Part shown: positions 52,878-64,000 of the stretch, piece by piece
Layout of the letters: the number at the start of each line of letters is the position of its first letter
Numbering within the stretch: the stretch's first letter is position 1
Assembly (NCBI RefSeq): GCF_902652985.1
Contig: NC_047026.1
Coordinates: 26,102,001-26,166,000 of the forward strand
Length of the DNA: 64,000 nucleotides
DNA from: Pecten maximus
Lineage: Eukaryota
Reading direction: 5' to 3'
Notes under the pieces: model-generated
What the model saw: the letters and a program-made list of their open reading frames with translations, nothing else
Told to the model about the DNA's origin: nothing
The model's database searches: none
Program-made: the position numbers and the translations under genes

Positions 52878-53456
52878 CTTACCATACCTAAATACCATAC
52901 CTAAATACCATACCTAAATACCATACAATGTACCTAAATACCATACCTAAATACCATACAATGTACCTAAATACCATACCTAAATACCATACAATGTACC
53001 TAAATACCATACCTAAATACCATACCTAAATACCATACCTAAATACCATACCTAAATACCATACAATGTACCTAAATACACATGTACCATACCTAAATAC
53101 CATACCTAAATACCATACAATGTACCTAAATACCATACCTAAATACCATACCTAAATACCATACCTAAATACCATACCTAAATACCATACCTAATTACCA
53201 TACCGTAAATACCATACCTAAATACCATACCATACCGTAAATACCATACCTAAATACCATACCGTAAATACCATACCTAAATACCATACCTAAATACCAT
53301 ACCTAAATACCATGCCTAAATACCATACCTAAATACCATACCTAAATACCATACCTAAATATACCTAAATACCATACCTAAATACCATACCTAAATACCA
53401 TACCTAAATATACCTAAATACCATACCTAAATACCATACCTTAATACCATACCTAA
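52878..53456. repeat. 13-bp tandem repeat, ~40 copies
   Basis: Unit accatacctaaat. Confidence 0.97.
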
Positions 53457-55737
53457 AAAGGAAAATGGTGAGATCAATTCCTCCACAAATAGAAAAACTG
53501 ACACCAGGAAAATATCAATAACTTTACCGCCATCTTGTCAATCCAAATGAAAATAATATTAATTTTGGGACCAAATAACGATAATTGCCAATAATAAAAA
53601 ATATCGTTAGCGTGATAATAACTCTTTGTTAAATCATTCTAATCCCCAGATTATCACTGAAGCATAGTTGAACGAATTTCCATTAAAACTGAAATCGAGC
53701 TAGCTTATTGAGCCGTATTTGGAAAAAAAGGAATTATTTTCATGATACAAAGTACCATATCTTGAAATGTTTATTCCTAACCATCCTTGATTGACTGTTT
53801 GTTGTTTGATTTTCTATAAAATAGTATGATAATATGATGTACATGTATAAAGTTGTCGGTGATGTATGTAATGAATCTTGTAACAAAGCAAGGGAATTAG
53901 AAATGATTTGTCTAAAGTAATTCAAACAAAGGTTCAAATAGAAATGATAGAAATCAAAATTGCAATATCCCTGAATATTGTTAAACTGTGCGGTTTATCT
54001 CTTTCCCTCTAAAGAAATATGTTCAATGGGGTATCAATCTATTATCTTACAGTTTTATACATTACAAGGGAAGTAACTCAAATTAGAAACAGAACAACTT
54101 TCACCTCCATGATGGAGCCAACTGTTACATTTGTACGAATTTCATCACTTGTACTAAAATAAAGAGTTTACCACAACAGTATTGTCCTCGATTTATAGAT
54201 ACAATAGAAGAACAATTCTCTCACACAGCAGTAAGGAACAGCTCCTGGGTATTTGTAGGAACTCTTCAGCAGCCGTCCAACAGCTTATGTCACAGAATCT
54301 CAGTCTACCAGCCCGTTTTCTTACATTATAGGATCTCAGATACCAACATTAACAACTCAATTTTGTTTATAATTTTAATACTCTAGAAACAAGAATCAGT
54401 AGAACTATGTAATATATACTCTCTGATATCATGAAGTTTTTAATTGATGAGTTTGAATCCACAGCTTTCAGGAACTGATAATGAGAGATATGCTTAATTT
54501 ATACATATACATTTGTATATTGTCACAAAGAGTATCAGCAAAGACAAAGCATAATATGATATTTCTCCGTCCAACTACATTTTATTCAATAAAACAAAAT
54601 GCAACTTCATTAATTACATCTTTATACCTTTCTTCTTTTACTCCAATAGCTATAAAACATGGAGACATACGGATCGGCCTTCTTTGAAGAAAGTGTTTTC
54701 AAAGGTATTAGCTAGATCACACCTGCTAATTAGACGTTTAAAAATTTACAAACATACATCCATATCACACTACGCGACTGGTGTTCCTCCGCCTAACAAA
54801 ATAGTGCTGTGTACGCTTTCATGTCTTATTGCGATATTAGTTGTCAGTCATTCAAGGTACATTTATGTACACGATTGTTTACAACCATCACCGATATTTT
54901 TAATATTGTTTACAAAACAAGGCGAGATTAGTTAACATTAACAAATAACGTAGATAATCATTAGATATTATATGAACTGTAAATATGTCGCTTCCAGTTT
55001 GATATGGGAGTTTTGCCAACAGAACGGTGTAATCAAAGGAATACTTAAATCACATAGATTTTACGAATGCTGATCTAGAAATGACTTTCAATTCGCGAAT
55101 GATCAGCTATTAGGGTCATGAATTTCGCAAGACCACTTTATTGGTAACCGATAGCCGCCATCAAAACATGTTAATGACGTACAAATAATCGTGAAGGATT
55201 CGAATTTGCGATTTACTCTTCTCGCGTATTATAACGTGAAATTAAACCAAACGCGAAATATAGTGATTGATGATACTCTTGCTGAATCATCATCATACAG
55301 TTTCATTAAACCACTGGAATATGCCATATCTACATGTTATAAACAATAAAAAAAACATCATATGAAAAAACACATTTCTAAAAACCAATGATTAGTAAGA
55401 ATTGCATGAATCAATTTCTATTAGTTGATTGAAGAATATCAAAATGAATTAACAAGTTGATATTCATTTGAAAGTTTTAGAACATTTTGTGCATCATAAT
55501 CTTGAAACATTTCATTATATTTGGTGACGTTTCATCATATTTTGTGACGTTTCAGCACATATTGTGATATTTCAGCATATTGCGTGACGTTTCAAAACGC
55601 TCTCCGAATACCATAACGATCCATCAGTTCTGATGATAGGTCATGAAGGACGTTATTCTTGTCTGCGTCAATATACTTCTTCATTTATAAATTTCCTGCG
55701 TAACGTGTGATTATTAATGGTCCGCAAGCCATATTTA

Positions 55738-55977
55738 TCACGGTGTCTCTGTCTCGTCTGTCGCTTCGTCATCATTTAATTTGTCATCACTTAATTTTTT
55801 ACCATTTAATTTGTCATCTCCGATTGAAGTAACGCCATTTTTCTTCCTGTTACATAACCTTAGAACCCCAATAATTACTAGGTCCGATACGATCTCTATA
55901 ATCTCGAACAAGGACACGATGGACAGTCCTATCCAGAGTCCGAGCTGACCACCAATGTCCGATAACAGGTTCGCTAC
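55738..55977 (-). CDS. Gene B last exon (TM2, cytoplasmic tail, TGA stop)
   Basis: tttatatag|VANLLSDIGGQLGLWIGLSIVSLFEIIEIVSDLVIIGVLRLCNRKK...DETETP*. Confidence 0.95.
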   Translation of the reverse strand, partial: VANLLSDIGGQLGLWIGLSIVSLFEIIEIVSDLVIIGVLRLCNRKKNGVTSIGDDKLNGKKLSDDKLNDDEATDETETP

Positions 55978-58900
55978 CTATATAAAAATGACAATATGAT
56001 ATAGTGGTTAAATTAATGGCAGGAATGGTAACCCGATTGCAAAAAAAAATCTTGGTGGCAATATAGGTTATTGTCAAGAAATCATTTATGCTTACAGCAG
56101 TTAAAGTTAGCGTATTGGAAGTAGTTTATACTCTGAAAGCATGTTTGATTTCATATACATTAATTTTGATGGACAGCAAGAGAAAATAAATCATTTGTTC
56201 GCTACAAAAAGCATATCTATGCAAGTTTCTAATTTTTGACTTATTACAACTTAGGATATTCTAAACACAGGCATAATTGCCTCTATATTCAGATCGAAGT
56301 TCATTTAATATACAAACAATGCTGTACTCGTGTGCATGACGTGACGTTACTCCACAATTTGTCCAGACGGGATTTGGAACTGTTTAGCTTGAACTACATT
56401 TTCTGGTAACGAGTTCCAGCTCTCTACAATTCTTTTGGTATATGAATTTTGTCTCATGTCTAGTCTACTTCTTGATTAACCGAGGCTAAATAAATGCACT
56501 TTTGATAGGGGATTTCCAACACACTTTTTGTATAAGGAGCTCGGTAAACCAATTTTCATAACACGAAATCCATGGTAAATGTTTTCATCAACCCTATATA
56601 CGACAATTTGACTACTTAAGTGTAACTTACTTCATACGATGCTTCTGTTTTGATCACCTCGTAGTTCAGATATCGGTAGTATACTTGTACCTTAATTCCG
56701 TTCTCACTGAAATAGTATACAACAATGGGTGAAAACAATACGTTTGTTTTAATAACACTCATATCAACAGGTCGAAAATAAATAATAGTGACAAATCTTA
56801 TATCTCTTTTTTGGTATATACCGCAACTTACTTCATAAACGCCCTCTTCTCTGTGGTTGTGGAACTTGACGATATTGATGAGTAGAGTGAGCTGGAGGAG
56901 CTTCGGAAGTCATTGATGGCCGTATCCTGTGTACAAAACATTATGTTAAATACAAAAGACAAATACTGAGATCGGTACTAGATGAAGCTGTGGAGAAAAT
57001 ATGTAAATATTGAGCCTCCTATATCTGCAGGTACCTGTAAGCCATTTCTAAATTATCATGAAAATAATATCATTTCACTTGTCATGCACTTTTAAAATTA
57101 CATCTAATTTACAGTTGTTGGCTAGTGTGCCTCCCTTTTTAAGATTTGTTTGGGCCAACTTTGATTTTTCTAAATGGCCTTCTTGAAAAGCTGATTTCGG
57201 TATATAATGCATACCTGTTGCTTTAATTATTTCAAATGTGCTATTATCTTTCATGTCTTTTCTCCTCTATAATCATGTCTTAAATGACCTTATTTGGGAC
57301 ATTTGATGATACCAAAACGAACCAATCCATCATCCTACCAGTTACGGAGAAAGGTAAGCCGCCAATGAAATGAAATAATGTCATTGTCAAACTAAAGCCA
57401 CGCAAATTCCTTTACGGCAGATTGACGTATTCTCATATTCAAATTTAAATCATGTGATATTTAAAGATCTAGTTATTTTGAAGAAAAATAATCATCCCTA
57501 TAGTGTGGATTCCAAAATCAAGAAAATAGGTTCCAGCTTATTTTACCAATTAAGTTATGCATAACCTGAATCATCCGTAGGAAGGTAACCATTCATTATC
57601 ACGTGTCAAGTAAATACCAGGGTATAAATGTTTGGAGTCATCTACTACACTCTTGTAAAAAAAAATCAAATCGAAAAAGTAAATATGGATTTCAAACTAA
57701 TGTTATCAAAAATATCTTCAGATTCAAATAAATTTTAATATACTTACCAAGTACTCGTTGGACGGCCAGGCGGACATGGACACTTCCGTTGTGTATTCCG
57801 TCTCACTAAAATAAATATTTATTTATCTATTTATGCTTATGTACTTATACTTCTTTCAAATTCAAGTTCTTGAAATGCTTTGATTTGATTTGATATATCA
57901 GTTCCTATTCAATGTGATCGGTATTGAAATAAGATTGACTGCACACTTTAAGAATCATGTTTTCACTTGATAAAGAAGACCACCACAAGACACGTGTAAA
58001 TGTTTGTCATTATACTGACAGATACACCGTCACAATCTGACGTGTCGTTACACCATGGTAAACATAGTTAAAGCTTCTTGTCGTTAAGTTCTATGTTACT
58101 ACTGTCTTTTTGCCTCGAGTAATTAATTTTATAGTTTTTCTTTAATTATTAACATGTATTCCACTTTTTTGGAAAATTGCAAAATAACGGATGCCGAGTA
58201 TTTAAACATATAAATCTTTTATTATTTTATTGGGAGGAAGTATGAAATGTAAATACGTGTTATGGCCAATGTGAGTTCAATCTTTGCGTTACCTAAATAT
58301 ATTTTTTACTAGAGAACAATAGTTTCACTGTCTGGTGGTTCGAGCAATACCCAAATCGCGTTCAATAAAGCACTATCAGTGAACAGTTGGATGGGGAATT
58401 AGTTTCATGAAATATCAATATGTACATTATGTTTTCTAGCCACAACAAGTTATACAATACTCACTCGCATGGTGGCACACAGGAAGCTGAACAGGGTAGC
58501 TCACTTTTTTCATACTTGCTCAGTACAGACTGTTCACACTGAACTGTGGGGAAACAAAGGATTCTGTTATTTCATTCTACAACACATGTCGAATTTTTTA
58601 GAAGTTTATGGGACAGTTTTTTTACAACAAAAAAAAAGATTACTGGTTCAAGAATTGTGGTAACATGCCCGGTTGATTTTTAAAATGATTACTAACCTCT
58701 TTTGATACTTCCATGAAAGCAATCTCAAAGAAAATGATATTCACCTCCGATTTCATAATGATGGTTGCTAATTATAACTTATCTTCATATTATTTCTTGT
58801 TGGCTTGAATACCCCTTTAGGTATTTCAGGAAACTTCTATTTGTTAGACTTATCTTAATTGTACTTTCAAACCAATTTACAAGGCACATATCGTACATTC

Positions 58901-61900
58901 CCTTATATTTATATCGTAGTTGAAATTTTCCGTGTGATTTCCAGGTGATTTCAACATATTTTAGTGTATAACATCTATACAAATAGGTTAGACAGCAGGC
59001 TAGGCCTATATTAGTCTTCCCCAATATAAACAGAACAACAGTAAACAATAGTAAAATTATACTATAACAATTACAAACGAAGAAGTATAAGAAATATGTA
59101 TATAAATCATATCAATGGATCAATGAATATAACTATTTTTTATTATCAATGGGAGGTAATATGAATAGACAGTTAATGAAAATCCAGTCTGGTCTCACAC
59201 AACTAATTATTTCCCTATTTGTATACAACAATGAATACCTATGACTCCATCCCCTCAATCGCTCATTTGAAGTTAAAATGTTGAGAAATTTATTTCAAAT
59301 TAAAGTTTAAAGATTCCTTACCAGCAAAATGATGTTGTTGGATAGGTTAAATAGTATATAAGAGCACACCAGTACTTGGAAGACAGTAACCCTGTCATTT
59401 ACAGTGGACTGGTGAACACCAACCTGAGGAATTCCCGCCTTTTTACACCTGAAATATTTCGGCTTTCTATTTATTCCAGGAGTGTATATTTGAGATTTTC
59501 AAAATCTCAAGACCATACTCTTCATTCTCGTATATAGAAAGTACCAATTTCATGCATTATTTACTCAGGAAATAGCTCAAAACCTAAGAAACACATTTTC
59601 TTCGGGGACTTGGTTCAGGTGAAACACCAGCTGATTGGCTGAATTAGTTGTGTGAGACCTTTTGTTTATTTAAGCATTGATGTCATTTTTTTTTAGTTTC
59701 ATCGGGGTATGAAACAAATTTTGTTTGCAAACTGTATGAATCCGCATAGCGGATTCTTACAGAAGTTTGCAAACAAAATTTGTTTCATACCCCGATGAAA
59801 CTAAAAAAATAATTGACATCAACGCTTATAATTAATTTTTGAAAATGATTTTCTAATTCAAAACATGTTTTATGTACAATTTTACTGGTTTTAAATGGGA
59901 TTCTTTTTCTTAAATCAATACGCAACGTCAATTGTCGTATTGTGACGTCACATTTTTCGCCCATTCTCGGAATTTTCTTTCATAGAAGAATGAAAAGAAT
60001 TTTTCGACCAATCACATTTGAGTATTTACCATGAAAACAAAGAAAAATTAATTATAGAGTTTTAGAATTACAAAATGTTTTTGTTAGCAGCTAAAATCAA
60101 TGGTTTAGATACATGATTTACACCCAGTCCTAAAGCCAGCAACACTAGAGTTTCAGGCATAAATGTTCATGACTCCGCTTCCTGAAGCCATCCACCCAAG
60201 GGTGCCCGATCCAGACTAAATGCCCCTGTACCCAAACAAAGCTTTCATATACTGTAACAAACTCTGTTTATCGATACTTTCTAATGAAAAGATTGCAGAT
60301 GGATATATTAGTTCTATATCAAATAAATAAAACAAAGATATTTAGGGTCACCAAATTCCTAAATAAAGAATATGAACAATACATAGAGTAACTTCAGATA
60401 AAATAATTAATCAAATGCTAATTAAATAAACTATATTGTCTAGAGATATATGACTGAATATGGCTAAATGTAAATTTGATCAAATTACTTAGTATTGAAG
60501 ATTCCATCAGATTCTGTGAGCCTTTTTCAAAACATATGATGTTCATTTTTATCATTTATTTAAGAGCTGTACAAAAGATATGTGTGAATAACTATTTAAG
60601 GTTATCTATCGGTTTCTAACAGTATTATCCAGATTTGTAAAACTTACCCTGCGTATAGTTTGAATAAAGACACCAACCAACTCCGTTCGGGTAAGCTGAC
60701 AAAACTTCATTGAAGGCGGTTCCAGAACAGGGATAGTCAAGGCTACAACATCCACAGTACTGGATCAAGCTTTTTTGGTAACAGGTTTTTTGGCACGCCT
60801 GGGGAAAATTTAAACATGTAACGAAAATAATCAGACATTAAATCACTCAATAAAGCTAGAGTATGGACAATCGTGATCGCCTCAACTCAAAACTATCTAC
60901 TGTGTTATTAATAGCGGGTGTTTTCCAATCGTGACAATGACACGTTCTTCTCAAAAATTCATTACATTCACATGACAAGTTTAATTTATGGTTTGTATGA
61001 ATTGTGACTGTCTATATATGTAACTTTATGTAATTACTAATCATGAATTAAACAGATTACAATCCAATTAGTTAATTAATATCTGGTAGATATCGCTGAC
61101 GAAACAAAATTCTGTGTTGATGGTTTATTTTTAATTCTCATATGAGTTTTTATTTCAACAAACAAAATGATAACTACGAACATTCAAAACAGAGCAAAAA
61201 TTAACACAAAAACAATTGTTATTGTTACCTTACACTATATAATCATCTGGGCCTTATATTTTACCATAAAGTACCTGTTTCAGGCTCTATAACACCCCGC
61301 ATGTTGTTATAATCTCACGGTAGGTTGTACCTCTGAGGCGCGACGTGCGGAATTCTTAACATGATCTAGATTGGATGTGGCCTTGAATACAAATACAATC
61401 TATCCCTACCAAGTCAAATGTACCATCGATCTGCTGGTTGAAGAAAACTAAATCACATATGGATAGCTAATCAAGCCATCTCGTAAATTGGCATGACGTT
61501 TTAGAATCCAACCGTCGGATCGAAATTTGTCTTCCCTCAAAAACAACAGGGAATACTGAAATCTTAATTCTAACTGAAAATCGATCAAATGAGAGCAAGA
61601 TACAAACACAATTTTCCATTGAGGCCCTTAAAAAAGTGCAAGGAGATTAAGACCAGGAGTTCCTGAAGAGTAAGAGTCTTCTGCTCTATCGACTACACCC
61701 ACTATACAAAAGCTAGGTCAAGTCTCAGGTAAGTCACGTTCTCAAATTGAGGACCAGGATGGTAACAACGGAAGGTGGGAATTATTCCAGCAATCCAACA
61801 TGGATGTCACGCATAACTAACGTTTATTTTGCACATGGACACATGTCAGGAGAAAAGAATGTACTTTTACCACGTGTTAACTTTGGCTGACTTACCACGT

Positions 61901-62417
61901 AAGAATACTTTATGCTGAGTCGGCCTTCTTCAGCCCAAGCGTTGTTGATGAGGTTTTCAGCCTCGGTGTAATCCTTGCATTCACCATGTGGCGGTTTAGC
62001 TCGAATAACTTCAGTCTGAAATGTCATCAATTATAGTCATATCAAATGATTTGGAATACGATTAACAAAAAGATAAATATGTACATTATCTATATTTATC
62101 GTAAAATTTAGGTATTGCGTTAACAATTGTAACTATTGCTTTTATCATATTTTCCCTAATTTATACCTAAATAGTGAAATACTTGACAAAAATGCAAAAA
62201 TTTCGTGAATACTGATGGTATCATTTTTGGCCCTTGAATCGTCCCGTACTCACAAGTTTTAATGCTATTCCCGTTTTGAATCCAGGGGCAAGATTTATAC
62301 CATTTTCTTCGGGAAAAGGCATGCTAGTTTGGTTGTGAATCGTCAACCGTATCCCGGCGTCCTGGGCCAGGCTTCCGACGTATTCATCTTGTTCTAGATA
62401 AATCTCCAGTGTGAGAC
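55738..62417 (-). CDS. Gene B (3' eight exons; 5' part outside window): DEG/ENaC family amiloride-sensitive / ASIC-like sodium channel subunit
   Basis: GLTLEIYLEQDEY, AGIRLTIHNQTSMPFPEENG, Cys-rich thumb CQKTCYQKSLIQYCGC...CVPPC, AWPS, VYYRYLNYE, TM2 LLSDIGGQLGLWIGLSIVSLFEIIE; all splice phases are consistent. Confidence 0.95.
56350..56478 (-). mobile_element. CR1/L2-clade LINE ORF2 3'-end relic
   Basis: SRSRLDMRQNSYTKRIVESWNSLPENVVQAK / SRLDKLW, matching the typical CR1 tail RLDxRKxFFSxRVVxxWNSLPxxVVxA...RLDK. Confidence 0.75.
56631..56706 (-). CDS. Gene B exon
   Basis: phase 2->0; ENGIKVQVYYRYLNYEVIKTEASYE; donor gtaagt. Confidence 0.93.
56832..56926 (-). CDS. Gene B exon (Ser-rich knuckle region)
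   Basis: phase 0->2; DTAINDFRSSSSSLYSSISSSSTTTEKRAFM; donor gtaagt. Confidence 0.88.
57748..57805 (-). CDS. Gene B exon
   Basis: phase 2->0; ETEYTTEVSMSAWPSNEYL; donor gtaagt. Confidence 0.93.
58465..58543 (-). CDS. Gene B exon
   Basis: phase 1->2; QCEQSVLSKYEKSELPCSASCVPPC; donor gtgagt. Confidence 0.93.
59665..60056. mobile_element. Non-autonomous element containing a ~160-bp near-perfect palindrome (Crypton-like/MITE)
   Basis: Arms tttagtttcatcggggtatgaaacaaattttgtttgcaaact / agtttgcaaacaaaatttgtttcataccccgatgaaactaaa around gaatccgc-ata-gcggattc. The palindrome is certain; the family assignment is tentative. Confidence 0.65.
60648..60798 (-). CDS. Gene B exon (Cys-rich thumb)
   Basis: phase 0->1; ACQKTCYQKSLIQYCGCCSLDYPCSGTAFNEVLSAYPNGVGWCLYSNYTQ. 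Confidence 0.95.
61896..62015 (-). CDS. Gene B exon
   Basis: phase 0->0; TEVIRAKPPHGECKDYTEAENLINNAWAEEGRLSIKYSYV. Confidence 0.95.
62254..62417 (-). CDS. Gene B exon (most 5' exon found in window)
   Basis: phase 1->0; LTLEIYLEQDEYVGSLAQDAGIRLTIHNQTSMPFPEENGINLAPGFKTGIALKL. Confidence 0.95.
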
Positions 62418-63724
62418 CTGCAACCAGAATCACCGCATGTGTATGGATACTGAATCAGACCTGGATCTTGTTTGTCATAGTTAAGTCAGTTTTACAAGGG
62501 ACTTCCTCATCTGTTGATACTAATTGTTTCAGCTGTTTCGAGAATGCATTCGAGAACGTACAGGCAAATGAGGAAATAATTCGACCTGAACTTGAGCTGA
62601 ATTTAACATGGAAAACATTTCATGTCATATTCAGATAAACAAAAAAAGGGGGGGGGGGGGGGGAGAGGGACATGAAAACAACATGATATTGAACTGGGAA
62701 AAAATCATGTCAATTTCAGGTCAAATTTTATGCAATGAATTAACGTTTTTGCCCTTTTCAGATACATATAACCTGCATTTTTCCCACATGAAATTGACCT
62801 GGATTTGACCTGAATTCGACATGAATTGTTGAGAAGACATTTGGCCTGTGTAAAATACCATTTGTGTTTAGATTTGATGATCTGGTGTTGCAAGAACATA
62901 TTCTAACACAAAATTATGGATAAAATAGAAATGTTCACCTTAAACAAAATGAGAACAAGGTAGAGTGTTTCGTTATCTGCTTCATCACGACAATCGATAT
63001 TAAGGTCAGACCCATGTTATGTAAGGTTATGTCAGGTTAGGAATAAAGCTACAATTTTGTTTAATGTTTTCTGTGTATGTAAAGACTGTCACTTTCTCCT
63101 TTAACCAATGCAGAAGGGAACAAGACACATTGCGGTGATGTTTATGTGTTTCCGCAAAATGATTTCCACGTGACTGAGTATGTTGAGTAAATATGACGTT
63201 TAGCTGATGACTTATAGCCTATTTTAAACGCTTAATTGGGCAGAGTGTATTTTCTGTTCTTCAATTCTGTATACTACATGATATAGATAAGTGATTTACA
63301 AGTTTGAAAAGTTTTTTTAATTTTTTTTAATCAATAAAGAATTATTATGAAGTAATCTCGCGTTTGTTTTATCTTATTTTATTATTATTTTTTTCAATAA
63401 CGTATCTGTTGCCAAGTCCTCCATTTCCGGTGTTAATGATTTTCTAAATAAACATAGTTGACAACATGGATTCCTATGAGTTCAATAATATCCGCTATTT
63501 TTATTTATACATGAAGGAAACGAAATTATAACTTTTCCGAGTCACGATCAACGTTTTCAATTATTAATTAGAAGACAAGACTAAAACTCTCTCTCAAAAA
63601 TAAATCAAGAATATGGAATTAAACTACTCTCTGACGAAAAAGTATTGTGATCGACTGAATACGAGAGCAGGTTGTTGTATATTTTTTATAAAATACCAAA
63701 AGGTACATATTTCACGCTATTACT

Positions 63725-64000
63725 AATTAATTAGATATGTATATTTCTATACTGTGGGTACCATTTGTAGGTATTAATTAGATATATTTCTATATTGTGG
63801 GTACCATTTGTAGGTATTAATTAGATATATTTCTATATTGTGGGTACCATTTGTAGGTATTAATTAGATATATTTCTATACTGTGGGTACCATTTGTAGG
63901 TGTTAATTAGATATATTTATATACCGTGGGTACCATTTGTAGGTGTTAATTAGATATATTTATATACCGTGGGTACCATTTGTAGGTGTTAATTAGATAT
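63725..64000. repeat. 43-bp tandem repeat running off the window edge
   Basis: Unit taattagatatatttctatattgtgggtaccatttgtaggtat. Confidence 0.95.

Noticed and set aside
54235-54272. Minus-strand CUGAAGA followed by a 6-bp stem
   Set aside because: No GAAA or stem III follows, so it is not a hammerhead.

Overview
AT-rich eukaryotic genomic DNA with GT-AG introns. The SINE, Penelope and Crypton relics suggest a lophotrochozoan, probably a bivalve mollusc; this is inference. I reconstructed two intron-rich protein genes by hand, both on the minus strand, with splice phases checked at each junction. (1) Gene A, about 48831->58, runs off the left edge and has at least 24 coding exons (at least ~1670 aa). 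It encodes a signal peptide, an Arg/His/Lys-rich N-terminus, and a laminin-alpha-like coiled coil split by one 1273-bp exon encoding a Thr/Pro mucin with four acidic Ser-Gly (GAG-attachment-type) sites. A Laminin_II-like end and three laminin G domains follow. No LN, LE (EGF-like) or L4 short-arm domains were found. The exon 2/3 junction is ambiguous. (2) Gene B, 62417->55738, is the 3' eight exons of a DEG/ENaC (ASIC/ENaC-family) channel; its 5' end lies outside the window. Introns and the intergenic region hold about 15 minisatellite arrays, which generate most of the long spurious ORFs. They also hold relics of Penelope-like, CR1, DIRS-like, Crypton-like, SINE and HINE elements. Two oppositely oriented minimal hammerhead ribozyme motifs sit inside long hairpins at ~50250-50575, with a third, degenerate one at ~4910-4945. 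A dense CAGGTA/CAGGTG motif cluster surrounds the first coding exon of gene A.
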